Origin: Bacteroidales bacterium
Lineage (GTDB): Bacteria; Bacteroidota; Bacteroidia; Bacteroidales; UBA932
Direction of reading: 5' to 3'
DNA length: 64,000 nt
Assembly: GCA_022648685.1 (NCBI GenBank)
Contig: JALCMW010000011.1
Location: 6,401 to 70,400 of the forward strand
Position numbers and translations under genes: made by a program
In this document: in pieces, positions 9,612-19,880 of the stretch
Layout: every line of letters begins with the position of its first letter
Position numbering within the stretch: position 1 is the stretch's first letter
Notes under the pieces: generated by a model
What the model was told of the DNA's origin: nothing
The model's database searches: none
Seen by the model: the letters and a program-made list of their open reading frames with translations, nothing else

Positions 9612-11057
9612 TCAGAAGACCAATCCGGGCCCTTTATAGAAATCAAGCAATTTAGTCTGATAAAGATATTCATACCTTGCACGGACATAATCGGATTCGG
9701 ACTTCAGATAATTATTTTTGGCGTCATTGAATTCCGTTATGTTGGCTTTGCCGTTTTCATATTTGGCATTCACCAGATTGAAAGACTCTTCAGCACTTTT
9801 ACGTGCGTCCATGCTGCTCTGATATTTGCTTTGGGCTGCAACGGCGCCATAATATGCCTGTTGAATTTCTTTGTAAAGTGATTTTTTTGAATTCTCCAGC
9901 TGCAAGATCTGATTCATACGGGATAATTCCGCGCTTCTGATATTGTTTCTTACAGCAAATTTGCTGAAGATTGGAATATTAAGCGACAATGATACATACT
10001 GGCTGAAATTATTCTTGATCTGATCACGGAATGAAGCCGCAGAATAGCCTGAAGATTTGTAGTAATTGGAACCCAGGCCTCCGCTCAACGACAATGTCGG
10101 ATACAATGAACTTTTGGCAAGCTTGAGATTCATTCCCGCACCTTCCAAACGATACCTTTCGGCAATTACGGACGGACGGACGGAGACTGCAACGGCATAT
10201 ATGTCATCGGGATTTTCCAATAATCCCATTTCCATTCCGGTAACCGGTTTTACTATTGAGAAGCCTTCCGGAGACGGCAGTTCAAGCAATTGGCTCAGAT
10301 CAAGCAATGCAAGTTCAAGATTATTTTCCGCCTGTACAGCCGTGAGACGGCTTTGCCCCAAAGTAGCCTCCTGCTGACTTACATCCACGATACTCGTTTT
10401 CCCGGTTGCAAGCAGGATTTTCAGACGTTCCACCTGAAGGGAATCTATCTTCACCTGTCTTTTCCCGACTTCCGAGATTTCCATATCATAAAGAATCTGC
10501 ACGAAAGCCTGGGCAACGGAAACCCGTATGTCATCACTGGCTTTTTCAAGATCGGCAGTAGCAGCCTTCAAATCCAGTTTGTCCAATGCTATCGTACGAT
10601 TCTTCCTGAAGCCATCAAACAAGGTTACGGAACTTCCAAGATCAAAAGAGGTACTGGAAGTATTAGTATTCACATAAATATTCTCCGAACTGAGACCTCT
10701 TCCGAAAGAAAAGTTCTGGGAAGCATTGGCTTTCAAATTCGGCAGCCTGTCATTCTGCGCCGTATTGAGAGTAAGCGATTTCATGCCGACAGTATTCTTC
10801 TGCTGTTTTACGGTTATGTTCTTCTCCAGAGCATAATCTATGCAATCCTGCAAGGTCCACGGGCCCTTGTGCGAAGGGATGTAAACATCTGCGGAAGCTG
10901 CGACATCAGCTGTGGAAACAGTATCAGCCATATCAGCAATGGAAGTGGTATGCAAACTGTCAGCCCGGATTATGCCGTTCTGCGCGAAAGCGGATACTAA
11001 ACCGCCGGACATCAGTGCAACAGTCATCAAGACAAAAGGTAATTTATTCATAATCAT
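9612..11057 (-). CDS. TolC-family outer membrane efflux protein
   Basis: Signal peptide; WTLQDCIDYALEKN; duplicated OEP repeat (LPNLKANASQ / LYPTLSLSGG); last gene of an ABC-MFP operon. Confidence 0.93.
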   Translation of the reverse strand: MIMNKLPFVLMTVALMSGGLVSAFAQNGIIRADSLHTTSIADMADTVSTADVAASADVYIPSHKGPWTLQDCIDYALEKNITVKQQKNTVGMKSLTLNTAQNDRLPNLKANASQNFSFGRGLSSENIYVNTNTSSTSFDLGSSVTLFDGFRKNRTIALDKLDLKAATADLEKASDDIRVSVAQAFVQILYDMEISEVGKRQVKIDSLQVERLKILLATGKTSIVDVSQQEATLGQSRLTAVQAENNLELALLDLSQLLELPSPEGFSIVKPVTGMEMGLLENPDDIYAVAVSVRPSVIAERYRLEGAGMNLKLAKSSLYPTLSLSGGLGSNYYKSSGYSAASFRDQIKNNFSQYVSLSLNIPIFSKFAVRNNIRSAELSRMNQILQLENSKKSLYKEIQQAYYGAVAAQSKYQSSMDARKSAEESFNLVNAKYENGKANITEFNDAKNNYLKSESDYVRARYEYLYQTKLLDFYKGPGLVF

Positions 11058-11058
11058 C

Positions 11059-12195
11059 TTACTTCTCTTTAATTATCTTATTGCCGCGAAGTTTGTCTTT
11101 GGAGGTAACGCCGGACTTGATCTCGATATTCACACCGTCGCTAAGCCCTGTCTTTACAGATCTGCGCTTATACGTACTGTCCGCCTGCATTACATAAACG
11201 AATGAGGAATCCCCGCTGAATTCGATGGCGCTTTCGGGAACCGATAGCACGCTATCGGCATGCTGGAGAATTATTTCGGCATTTGCACTGTAACCGGAAC
11301 GGATCATGGTCCCTTTCGGAACGGTTACCGCCGCCTTTATCTCAAACTGGTTTGTTCCATTGTTTTCGGCAGCCTTCGGGGATATGTATTCCAATTTTGC
11401 ATTGAATTTCAAATCCTGCAATGCACCGATTGTAATATTCATATTCATTCCTTCATCAAGACGGCCCACATCCGTTTCATCTATATTTCCGTCGAAAATC
11501 AGATCGTTCATATCAGCCACAGTAGCGATAGTGGTTCCGTCATTGAACGTATTGCTCTGGATAACGGAATTCCCAACTTTGACAGGGACATCCAGAATCA
11601 GGCCGGAAATTGTAGAACGGATAAGGGTCGAACTGGAATTTGCATTGCTCTTGGAAACTCCGTCACGGACAACCTCCAAAGCATCTACGGAAGCATCATA
11701 TTCCTCATTTGCCTGATCCAGAGTCTGGGATATCTTGTCGAATTCGTCGGAACTGACCAGATTCTGATCGTACAAACTCTTTTCCCGGCCATAATCCGTC
11801 TTTGCCTGCTTTAGATTGATTTCCGCAAGACGGACACGGCTTTGTGCCGAACTAAGGGAACTCATTTCCGGAATCACTTTGACTTTCGCTATTATTTCAC
11901 CGGCTTTTACATCTTCACCGGCTTTCTTGTACAAATCGCTTATTATGCCGCTTATCTGGGGTTTTATGTTAACCTCGTCACGCGGTACGATATTGCCGGT
12001 GATGACAGTCGTCCTCTTGATATTCTTCACAGCAGGTTTCAACTGTTCGTATTTGACTTCTTTCGGTCTCGATTTTTTATAAAGGTACACGAAAGTACCT
12101 ATAAAGACCAAGGCGATCAACGCCAAAATAAAAAATCTGAAATATTTTTTCATATCAACATAATTATTATCAATCAATATCATTTTATTCGTCAC
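11059..12195 (-). CDS. Efflux periplasmic adaptor subunit (MacA-like MFP)
   Basis: N-terminal TM anchor; EVNIKPQISGII; IRSTISGLILDVPVKVGNSV; GNIDETDVG. A more likely start is the ATG at 12153 (MKKYFRF). Confidence 0.92.
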   Translation of the reverse strand: MTNKMILIDNNYVDMKKYFRFFILALIALVFIGTFVYLYKKSRPKEVKYEQLKPAVKNIKRTTVITGNIVPRDEVNIKPQISGIISDLYKKAGEDVKAGEIIAKVKVIPEMSSLSSAQSRVRLAEINLKQAKTDYGREKSLYDQNLVSSDEFDKISQTLDQANEEYDASVDALEVVRDGVSKSNANSSSTLIRSTISGLILDVPVKVGNSVIQSNTFNDGTTIATVADMNDLIFDGNIDETDVGRLDEGMNMNITIGALQDLKFNAKLEYISPKAAENNGTNQFEIKAAVTVPKGTMIRSGYSANAEIILQHADSVLSVPESAIEFSGDSSFVYVMQADSTYKRRSVKTGLSDGVNIEIKSGVTSKDKLRGNKIIKEK

Positions 12196-13429
12196 GCATA
12201 GCGTCGACAGGCTTTATCTTCATTGCCCTGGCCGCCGGAGCCATACCGGCAAGCACGCCCAATGCCGTAAGAATCAGAACGGCAACTATGGCAGTCCAGA
12301 AACCTATCTGGAAATGAGCCGTAAGCATACCGTCAGTGGTCGCCGCCAATTCGGCCATAGCCAGTATGGCTACCGAAAACACGATTCCTATTGCTCCCGC
12401 TATCATCGTAAGTACTATACTTTCCGAAACTATCTGGGACAATATCATTTTCGGAGTCGCACCTATTGCCCTGCGTATTCCTATTTCCACCGTACGTTCC
12501 TTTACTGTAACCATCATTATGTTGGATACACCTATTGCGCCTGCAAACAAAGTCCCGAGACCGACCAGGAAAACAAGAATATTAACCCCTTTGAACAAAC
12601 TGTTTACAATCATGAAAAAACTTTCAGTGTTCAGCACCATACAGGCATTACTGTCCCCGGGATCGAAATAATGCTTCCTTGCAAGAACTTTTTTCGCTTT
12701 GTCAAGTATCTCTGAAACACGGATTCCGGATTTGGCCGTAATGCATATGATATCAACTTTGTTCCCGCTGTTATAAGTCTTCCTGAATAAAGAAAGCGGT
12801 ATGGAAACAGCCATGTCGGCCCTTCCGTTAACACTCATGTTTCCGGAACTGTAATCCACGCCCACTATTTCATAATACAAACCGTCGAAACGCACGAAAC
12901 TGCCGCAAGGATCCCCGCCTTCGGGAAATAAGGTCTTGTAAATTTTCTTTCCCAGTACACAGACTTTTTTATATTGCAGAATATCCATCTCGTTCAGATA
13001 CCGTCCGTACTTCATGTGCGGAGACTCTATCATGGCATAATCCGGACGGAGACCTTTGACGGATGCTTCTATTTTGTACTTGTCCCTTATAATGGTTTTT
13101 CCCCACTTGGAATTCAAAGGCGTGGCAACATCTATTTCGGGAATACTGTTTTTCAGTATCGAGATATCTTCCGTTGTCATGCTCCACTCCCTATCCCGTT
13201 TGAAACCTTTGTAAGGCTTGGAAGTGGGACGGGGAATTATCAGGCCGGCATTGGAAGCGAATCCCTCGAAATTCTTTCCCAGCAAATCCTTGAGACCCTG
13301 TCCTGCACCGATGAGGGCAAGGAGCATGAAAATGCCCCAGAAAATGCCGAACCCGGTAAGGAAACTCCTGCTTTTGTTCCTTGTCAGCGTATTGCCGATT
13401 TCTCTGAATCTATCTGTATCGAAACGCAT
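12185..13429 (-). CDS. ABC transporter permease, MacB/FtsX family
   Basis: N-terminal TM, large periplasmic domain and GVSNIMMVTVKERTVEIGIRRAIGA motif followed by three TMs. Confidence 0.94.
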   Translation of the reverse strand: MRFDTDRFREIGNTLTRNKSRSFLTGFGIFWGIFMLLALIGAGQGLKDLLGKNFEGFASNAGLIIPRPTSKPYKGFKRDREWSMTTEDISILKNSIPEIDVATPLNSKWGKTIIRDKYKIEASVKGLRPDYAMIESPHMKYGRYLNEMDILQYKKVCVLGKKIYKTLFPEGGDPCGSFVRFDGLYYEIVGVDYSSGNMSVNGRADMAVSIPLSLFRKTYNSGNKVDIICITAKSGIRVSEILDKAKKVLARKHYFDPGDSNACMVLNTESFFMIVNSLFKGVNILVFLVGLGTLFAGAIGVSNIMMVTVKERTVEIGIRRAIGATPKMILSQIVSESIVLTMIAGAIGIVFSVAILAMAELAATTDGMLTAHFQIGFWTAIVAVLILTALGVLAGMAPAARAMKIKPVDAMRDE

Positions 13430-13442
13430 CTTGTTATTATTG

Positions 13443-14717
13443 TTATTCAGCTCTCAAAGCTTCGATAGGTCTTACCTTTGCGGCCTTGCGTGCCGGGAAG
13501 ATTCCGGCTATGGTCCCTGCTATTATCAATGTGACGGTAGCTTTTACAGCTACTCCTATACCTACGGTCGGATTCAGGAACATGTTTACCTGGGCTATTC
13601 CCAAATCAATGGGATTATTTCCCAGGGTCGCATCCATTATCTGATTGGCAATCAATCCCCCAAGCATTCCTATATAGCCGAAGAAAGCGGTTATGACGAT
13701 GCTTTCCACAATAATAAGACGGAGAATGGACCCGGGTTTGGCTCCAATAGCCTTTCTGATACCGAATTCATGGGTACGTTCCTTTACGGTGATAAGCATT
13801 ATATTGGAAACACCTACGATTCCGCTAAGCAAAGTGAACAGACCTATTATCCACAATGCCGTTCTCACTATACTTACAGCCTTGTTCATCTGCATGTTCT
13901 GCGTAAACCTGTTCCAGAAATACACGGTATTTTCGTCGTCCGGCGACGCATTATGATTAAGATTGATAGCCCTCGTATATTTTTTCTGGAATTCTTTATT
14001 CGCCTTTTCGGTTTCAAGTCCGTGGAAAGTGAAAAACATCCTGTACATATAATTATTCTTTGAATATATGGTATGTACCGTAGGATAAGGGGCATATGCA
14101 TCGTTCTGGTACATGGATTCGTCAGCTTCGTATATACCCACCACCTTGAAAGCATATTTGTCAACGTTTATATTCCTGCCGACTATCTTCGCGTAATCGG
14201 GATCATCGTCAAGAAGCTGGGAAGCAGTCTTGGAATCTATTATTATAACTTTCCGGCATTCATCCATATCTATCTTATCAATGAAACGGCCCTTGTTCAT
14301 CGGAATCTTCTCAATATCGGAATGGACAGGAGCAACACCGCAAAGAGTAGTGCTGACCTGTTGACCGTTATAATCCATGGTTATGCTGTGCATCAGCATC
14401 GGACTTACCTGGTCTATGACCTGACTGAAAAGAGGGCCCGCCGTAGTCTTGACATCCTTTGAATCGAAATATATATTGGTACCTTCCTTCAAACCGTTAT
14501 ACGGCTTGGACATGCTTCCGGAATATATTGCCATGGAATTCGTAAGAAAATTTCCATTATTGCTCATTAAAGCGTTTAGCAAACCGTTTCCGGCTCCCAG
14601 AAGAGCTATCAGCATGAAGACGCCCCAGGCAACTGCAAAACCGGTAAGGGCGGTACGAAGCTTGTTCTGCCTCAATGTACTCCATATTTCCTGCAATAAA
14701 TCTCTCATGACAGACAA
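13443..14717 (-). CDS. ABC transporter permease, MacB/FtsX family (paralogue)
   Basis: RTALTGFAVAWGVFMLI; GVSNIMLITVKERTHEFGIRKAIGA; PIEALRAE C-terminus. Confidence 0.94.
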   Translation of the reverse strand: MSVMRDLLQEIWSTLRQNKLRTALTGFAVAWGVFMLIALLGAGNGLLNALMSNNGNFLTNSMAIYSGSMSKPYNGLKEGTNIYFDSKDVKTTAGPLFSQVIDQVSPMLMHSITMDYNGQQVSTTLCGVAPVHSDIEKIPMNKGRFIDKIDMDECRKVIIIDSKTASQLLDDDPDYAKIVGRNINVDKYAFKVVGIYEADESMYQNDAYAPYPTVHTIYSKNNYMYRMFFTFHGLETEKANKEFQKKYTRAINLNHNASPDDENTVYFWNRFTQNMQMNKAVSIVRTALWIIGLFTLLSGIVGVSNIMLITVKERTHEFGIRKAIGAKPGSILRLIIVESIVITAFFGYIGMLGGLIANQIMDATLGNNPIDLGIAQVNMFLNPTVGIGVAVKATVTLIIAGTIAGIFPARKAAKVRPIEALRAE

Positions 14718-14718
14718 T

Positions 14719-15444
14719 TTATTTCATTATACCGTCGGCTCCGCCGAAAGGTGATGCGTCATGCCTGAGATTTTCCTCTATGGATCCGATGACACCGTCT
14801 TTTATATGGATTATCTTATCCGTCTCGTTGGCTACTCCGCTCTCATGTGTGACGACTATTATAGTTATGTTCTCTTCCTTGTTCATCTTCTTGAGAAGCT
14901 CCATTACCTCCAGACTGGTCTTTGAATCCAAGGCACCGGTAGGTTCATCCGCAAGTATTATCTGCGGATGTGTAATCAAAGCCCTGGCAATGGCGACACG
15001 CTGCTTCTGACCTCCGGACATTTCGTTAGGGAAATGGCCCGCCCAGTCGGTAAGCCCGAGACGTTCCAGATATTCCATCGCAAGGTTATGACGTGTGTGA
15101 CGGTTCGTACCCCTGTAAAACAGCGGCAGTTCTATATTCTCTATGGCAGTCTTGAATTGAATAAGATTGAAAGACTGGAAAATAAATCCGATCGTATGAT
15201 TCCTGTATTCGGCGGCGGCTCTTTCACTTAACCCTTTGATAAGTTTTCCGTTCAGAAAGTATTCCCCGCTGTCATAATTGTCCAGAATACCAAGAATGTT
15301 CAGCAAAGTGGATTTTCCGGAACCGGAAGCACCCATAATAGACACGAATTCCCCTCTTTCTATGCTTAGGTTGACACCTTTCAGGACATGCAAAGGCTGT
15401 CCGTTGTTGTATGTCTTATTGACGTCCTTCAGTTCTATCAGCAT
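14719..15444 (-). CDS. ABC transporter ATP-binding protein (LolD/MacB-like)
   Basis: Walker A GASGSGKST, signature MSGGQKQRVAIARAL, Walker B ILADEPTGALD. Confidence 0.97.
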   Translation of the reverse strand: MLIELKDVNKTYNNGQPLHVLKGVNLSIERGEFVSIMGASGSGKSTLLNILGILDNYDSGEYFLNGKLIKGLSERAAAEYRNHTIGFIFQSFNLIQFKTAIENIELPLFYRGTNRHTRHNLAMEYLERLGLTDWAGHFPNEMSGGQKQRVAIARALITHPQIILADEPTGALDSKTSLEVMELLKKMNKEENITIIVVTHESGVANETDKIIHIKDGVIGSIEENLRHDASPFGGADGIMK

Positions 15445-15519
15445 AATTTGTCATATTGTTTTTCATATTAAACAGCCTTCTTTCAATCATTACTAGTGTG
15501 CTAGATTATTAATACACTG

Positions 15520-15550
15520 CAAATGTATGACTATTTATCCTTAATCACAA
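15520..15550 (-). promoter_or_regulatory. Bacteroidetes primary-sigma promoter for the ABC export operon
   Basis: The - strand reads TTG-N20-TACATTTG, matching the TTTG-N19-21-TAnnTTTG consensus, about 75 nt upstream of the ATPase start. Confidence 0.75.
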
Positions 15551-15583
15551 CATTTAATTGTAATTTTTTGCAATATGCACAAA

Positions 15584-17860
15584 TTATTCCGAAAAAGAAT
15601 ATGGTCTGTCCGAAACTGAAATTCCTCTGGCAGTATCCGGATGATCAGACATTTGGAATCTTATTCTTGCTCCTTTAACAAGATCTTCGTGTTGGAGATA
15701 CGTTTTGGAATACTTACGACCGTTCAGCCGCATTCCTGAAATATAATAATGTGAACGTGAATTGTTTTTTGCCGAGATGATGATTTTCTTGCCTGAAGGC
15801 CGGGTGATAACCACTTTCTTGAATAAAGGCGTACCGATGGCATATTGATTGGAACCGGGGCATACGGGATAAAAACCCAAAGCGGAAAAAACATACCATG
15901 CGGAAGTCTGTCCGTTATCTTCATCTCCGCAATAACCGTCAGGGGCTGCAGTATAAAACTTGTCCATGACTTCACGGACGCGGGCCTGGGCTTCCCAAGG
16001 CCTGCCGCTCCAGTCATACAGATAAATCATATGCTGGATAGGCTGATTTCCGTGGGCATAATTTCCCATGCCCATAATCTGCATTTCTCTTATTTCATGG
16101 ATCACGGAACGATAATAACTTGCGTCGAAAGCCGGAGGCATATTGAAGACCGTATCCATCATGCCGTTGAATACGGCATCTCCCCCCATCAGGGAAATAA
16201 GCCCGGCGGGATCATGAAAAACGGACCATGAATAATGGAGACTATTGCCTTCCGTAAAATCACCTCCCCATTTCAATGGATTGAACGGAAGATTGAATTT
16301 CCCGTCAAGTTTTTTCCCGACCATGAGATTATAATCGGGATCGAAGAGATTCCTGTAATTAAACGCATTTTTCTTATACGGTAATAACTCTTCTTCGCTT
16401 TTTCCCAACGCTTTCCCGAAACGGTATATGCACCAGTCGTCATAAGAATATTCCAATGTACGGGCCGCACTTTCCCTGATACCGACATCACATGGAACAT
16501 ATCCCAGGGAATCGTAATATTCATAACCGAGACGTCCAGTGGAACTGATGGTCGGATGGACGGAATGTGCATCGCGGACAACCGCTTTCCACAAAGTCCC
16601 GGCATCATATCCCCTTATACCTTTAAGATATGCGTCTGCGACTACGGAAGCAGAATTGTTCCCTACCATACAGCCCCGATGTCCGGGACTTGCCCATTCA
16701 GGAAGGTAACCGCTCTCTTTGTAAGCATTCACCAAACCTTCCTGGACCTTCCTGCTTTGGTCCGGATAAACCAGATTCATCAAAGGGAAAAGGGAACGGA
16801 AAGTATCCCAGAAACCGGTATCCGTAAACATATATCCGGGAAGGACTTTCCCGTTGTAAGGACTGTAATGGACACGCTCGCCCGAAGCGTTTATTTCGGA
16901 TAAATCCCTCGGAAACAATACCGAACGGTAAAGACATGAATAAAACGTACGCAAATGATCAAGATCACCGTCATTGACCGAGATCCTACCGAGGACTTCA
17001 TTCCAGCATGCACGGCCGGAAGCAACCAGGTCATCGAAAGATTTGCCGTCAAGTTCCTTCATATTAAGCAATGCTTGTTCACGGCTTATGAACGAAGAAG
17101 ACACTTTCAGGATGACTTTCTGGCCTTTGCAAGTCTTGAATCCTACCAGAGCCATTACATGATCGGAAGAAACTTCAGATGAATTGTTTTCAACGCTGTC
17201 GGATACCGTTCTTACAAAAGTGAACGGCGTATCCGAAACGATGGTGAACCAATCTTTGAACCCTTCGGGAACACCTCCGGAATTCTTGGTCGTATATCCG
17301 GTAATGGTCTTGTGATCAGCACCGACACTTATATATGAACCGCCTTCAAATGCATCTATTACAAGATAAGATGTGTCTCTTTCCGGATAGGTGAGCCTGA
17401 ACATAGCAGCCCTTTCAGTAGGAGTCACTTCCGCAACCACATCATGACTTGCCAGATAAACCCGGTAATAGTACGGTTTTGCAATCTCGGCTTTATGCGA
17501 AAACCAGCTTGCCCGTGCATTTTCCCCATATACGGGGCCTGTAGTTACCGGCATTATGGAAAAAGTGCCATAATCATTGATCCACGGACTTGGCTGATGT
17601 GTCTGTCTTATACCTTTTATTTTGTTTGCTGTATATGTATAAATCCATCCGCTTTCCGATTTCCCCGTCTGCGGTGTCCAGAAATTCATTCCCCAGGGCA
17701 AGGCGACGGCTGGATAAGTATTTCCCGCCGATATCTCGTATGAAGATTCCGTCCCTGCCAATGTATTGACATAATCGACAGGTTCCGGATGCTGCCTTCC
17801 CATGGAAGGGAAACCGGCAGCAAGAAAAAAAAGAAAGCAATACAGTATCTTATTTGTCAT
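15584..17860 (-). CDS. GH92 alpha-mannosidase (BT3990-like, probable alpha-1,2-mannosidase)
   Basis: GNTYPAVALPWGMNFWTPQTG; TDTGFWDTFR; EGNSLHYSW; YAHGNQP; GDEDNGQTSAWY; signal peptide. Confidence 0.95.
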   Translation of the reverse strand: MTNKILYCFLFFLAAGFPSMGRQHPEPVDYVNTLAGTESSYEISAGNTYPAVALPWGMNFWTPQTGKSESGWIYTYTANKIKGIRQTHQPSPWINDYGTFSIMPVTTGPVYGENARASWFSHKAEIAKPYYYRVYLASHDVVAEVTPTERAAMFRLTYPERDTSYLVIDAFEGGSYISVGADHKTITGYTTKNSGGVPEGFKDWFTIVSDTPFTFVRTVSDSVENNSSEVSSDHVMALVGFKTCKGQKVILKVSSSFISREQALLNMKELDGKSFDDLVASGRACWNEVLGRISVNDGDLDHLRTFYSCLYRSVLFPRDLSEINASGERVHYSPYNGKVLPGYMFTDTGFWDTFRSLFPLMNLVYPDQSRKVQEGLVNAYKESGYLPEWASPGHRGCMVGNNSASVVADAYLKGIRGYDAGTLWKAVVRDAHSVHPTISSTGRLGYEYYDSLGYVPCDVGIRESAARTLEYSYDDWCIYRFGKALGKSEEELLPYKKNAFNYRNLFDPDYNLMVGKKLDGKFNLPFNPLKWGGDFTEGNSLHYSWSVFHDPAGLISLMGGDAVFNGMMDTVFNMPPAFDASYYRSVIHEIREMQIMGMGNYAHGNQPIQHMIYLYDWSGRPWEAQARVREVMDKFYTAAPDGYCGDEDNGQTSAWYVFSALGFYPVCPGSNQYAIGTPLFKKVVITRPSGKKIIISAKNNSRSHYYISGMRLNGRKYSKTYLQHEDLVKGARIRFQMSDHPDTARGISVSDRPYSFSE

Positions 17861-19859
17861 CCTTTTCGAGCATTTTTATAAAATATCCGCCCACGACCGA
17901 ACGGGCTTTGAAGCTGCGGCGTTTCGGCTTGTCCGTGTATACCCAGTCAGACATCGGCACCCTGTCCGTGGTTTCATTCATGAAACCATACAAAGGAGCT
18001 ATGAAAGATTCGAAATCCGATTTGGTGCTTGACAATGATGCAGTCCATACAATCCAGTCCGTCTTGGTATACGTTTTCCGGTTGTCGAGCGGAAGACCGT
18101 ACTTCAGCTGCTTCGTCTTATAATAAGACACTTCTTTGGCGGCAACGGACTCCGGGAATATTCCAAGTCCGAGAAGTTTGTCCCAAACAAGATTGTATTT
18201 CTGGCTCCAGGTGTCAGGCTTGTCGAAAGTAAGACGGTAATGATCTCCGTCATCAGCTTTTTTCATCCATTCCCCGGCCATGGATTTGGCCATGGAGGTA
18301 TATTTTTCCGCAATATCCTTTTTGCCCATAGCTCCCGCCATATGACCGTAGGAAGCTATGCCAATTATCGCTTTTACGGAAAGATTGGCATTATGAGCGA
18401 AATGTCCGGCAAAATCATCCGTACAAAGCTGATTCTCAGGATCCAGGCCGAACTTCGCAAGATATTCCACCCATGTAGTAAGGACTTTCCAGTGTTTGGC
18501 GGCATACTCGGTACTATGTTCATAATGACATACTGCCGCCGTCAGAATTATCATGTTTCCGGCTTCTTCCACAGGCATGTCAGCCCCATATGTCTGACCG
18601 TTGGCTATGGGATAAGTACCGCAGTCATGCGCCGGGAAAGGTTTTGTCCATCTGCCGCTTTCGCTGTAATAATAAATATGATTCATCATCCCCTCAACCA
18701 ATTTGGGATTATAAAGCAGAAACATGGGAGAAGAAGGATAAGTGACATCAACCGTCCCTATCGACCCGTTGCTGTTGTTTTCCTTGGAGAACCAGTGCAG
18801 GTCCCCGTCAGGGGATTTCACCAGTTTGTGAGCAGCAATGGCCTGGCGATAGGCAAGCGCACACAGTTCCGCATATTTTCTTCCTCCCGCCTCCGTAGCC
18901 GAAGCCATGAGACGGTTGTCGAAACGTTCGCATTTTTTGATAAGTGACGGATAATCCTTGCTCGCCGCCTCGAATTCGTCTTCTATGGTTTTGTTACCAT
19001 CGGCGTTCCAGTAAGGACGGAGATTTTTTCCGAAATACTGTACGGAATAAATATCATCGTATCCGATCATTACCATACCTGTACCTTTACGGATCCGTCC
19101 CATTTCACGGACAATAGCCATATCGCTGTTGTCTGCTTTCATAGATGAAACAAGCCGGCCTTTTTCAAATGAATTTCTCAATTCCGAGCCCTCGCCTACT
19201 CCGGCTGTCGTTCCCGGTGTCCGTGAAACGAAATAGAAATAGCCCCAATCGATACAGATGCTGTCACCTTTCTTTCCCAGAATATTCTGCGATTTGGTTC
19301 CGGCTTTCAGATAAACAAGACCGTTCTTTATATAGGTTTCGCTTTCAGTTTCCTGAGAAGAATTGTTTACAGCCCATAAAGGAGAAGCCTCGAAATAGAC
19401 TCTTACGGAATGCTTTTTCCCGTCGCGTGAAGACACAGAATAAGTGATGTACTCTACCGGTCTGCTCATAAGTTCAAGATTATCCATGAAAAGAGGAGCG
19501 GAAAATGTCAGGTCCAGCAGAACGGGGCCGCATGTAAAACGATAATGAGTCTGCATAGCCTGTACCTCGGCAAGAACTTGTTCGGCGGAATTTTCTATTC
19601 CGGAAGCACTTGCGCCCATAAAACGGTAAGTTTTCCCGTCAACGTCAAGGACTCCGTACAAAGGAAGACGCTTGTATGTCCAATGCTTTACCTGTGAATC
19701 ATAAAGTTTGTCGGAACAGGACCAGGCACTTATATAAGGATCTATAGTTACCAACGGATATGCAGGGGCACGCAGTCCGTTAGGCTTTCCGGACTTTCCG
19801 AAAACAGATAAAGGAAGAATAGTCGAAAACGACAAAAATAAAAGCAGCAACTTTTTCAT
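17850..19859 (-). CDS. 'Glutaminase A'-like DUF4964/DUF5127/DUF4965/DUF1793 protein (six-hairpin barrel; probably a glycosidase)
   Basis: LRAPAYPLVTIDPYISAWS N-terminus; KENNSNGSIGTVDVTYPS; DPENQLCTDDFAGHFAHNANLSVKAI; WSQKYNLVWDKLL; ARSVVGG C-terminus; signal peptide. Overlaps the GH92 start by 11 nt. Confidence 0.88.
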   Translation of the reverse strand: MKKLLLLFLSFSTILPLSVFGKSGKPNGLRAPAYPLVTIDPYISAWSCSDKLYDSQVKHWTYKRLPLYGVLDVDGKTYRFMGASASGIENSAEQVLAEVQAMQTHYRFTCGPVLLDLTFSAPLFMDNLELMSRPVEYITYSVSSRDGKKHSVRVYFEASPLWAVNNSSQETESETYIKNGLVYLKAGTKSQNILGKKGDSICIDWGYFYFVSRTPGTTAGVGEGSELRNSFEKGRLVSSMKADNSDMAIVREMGRIRKGTGMVMIGYDDIYSVQYFGKNLRPYWNADGNKTIEDEFEAASKDYPSLIKKCERFDNRLMASATEAGGRKYAELCALAYRQAIAAHKLVKSPDGDLHWFSKENNSNGSIGTVDVTYPSSPMFLLYNPKLVEGMMNHIYYYSESGRWTKPFPAHDCGTYPIANGQTYGADMPVEEAGNMIILTAAVCHYEHSTEYAAKHWKVLTTWVEYLAKFGLDPENQLCTDDFAGHFAHNANLSVKAIIGIASYGHMAGAMGKKDIAEKYTSMAKSMAGEWMKKADDGDHYRLTFDKPDTWSQKYNLVWDKLLGLGIFPESVAAKEVSYYKTKQLKYGLPLDNRKTYTKTDWIVWTASLSSTKSDFESFIAPLYGFMNETTDRVPMSDWVYTDKPKRRSFKARSVVGGYFIKMLEKDDK

Positions 19860-19880
19860 TATATCTATTATATTAAATAA

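Noticed and set aside
9612-15444. ABC/MFP/TolC operon with two permeases as a novel secretion system
   Set aside because: It is a standard MacAB-TolC-like arrangement widespread in Bacteroidales, and I found no adjacent cargo peptide or modification gene.
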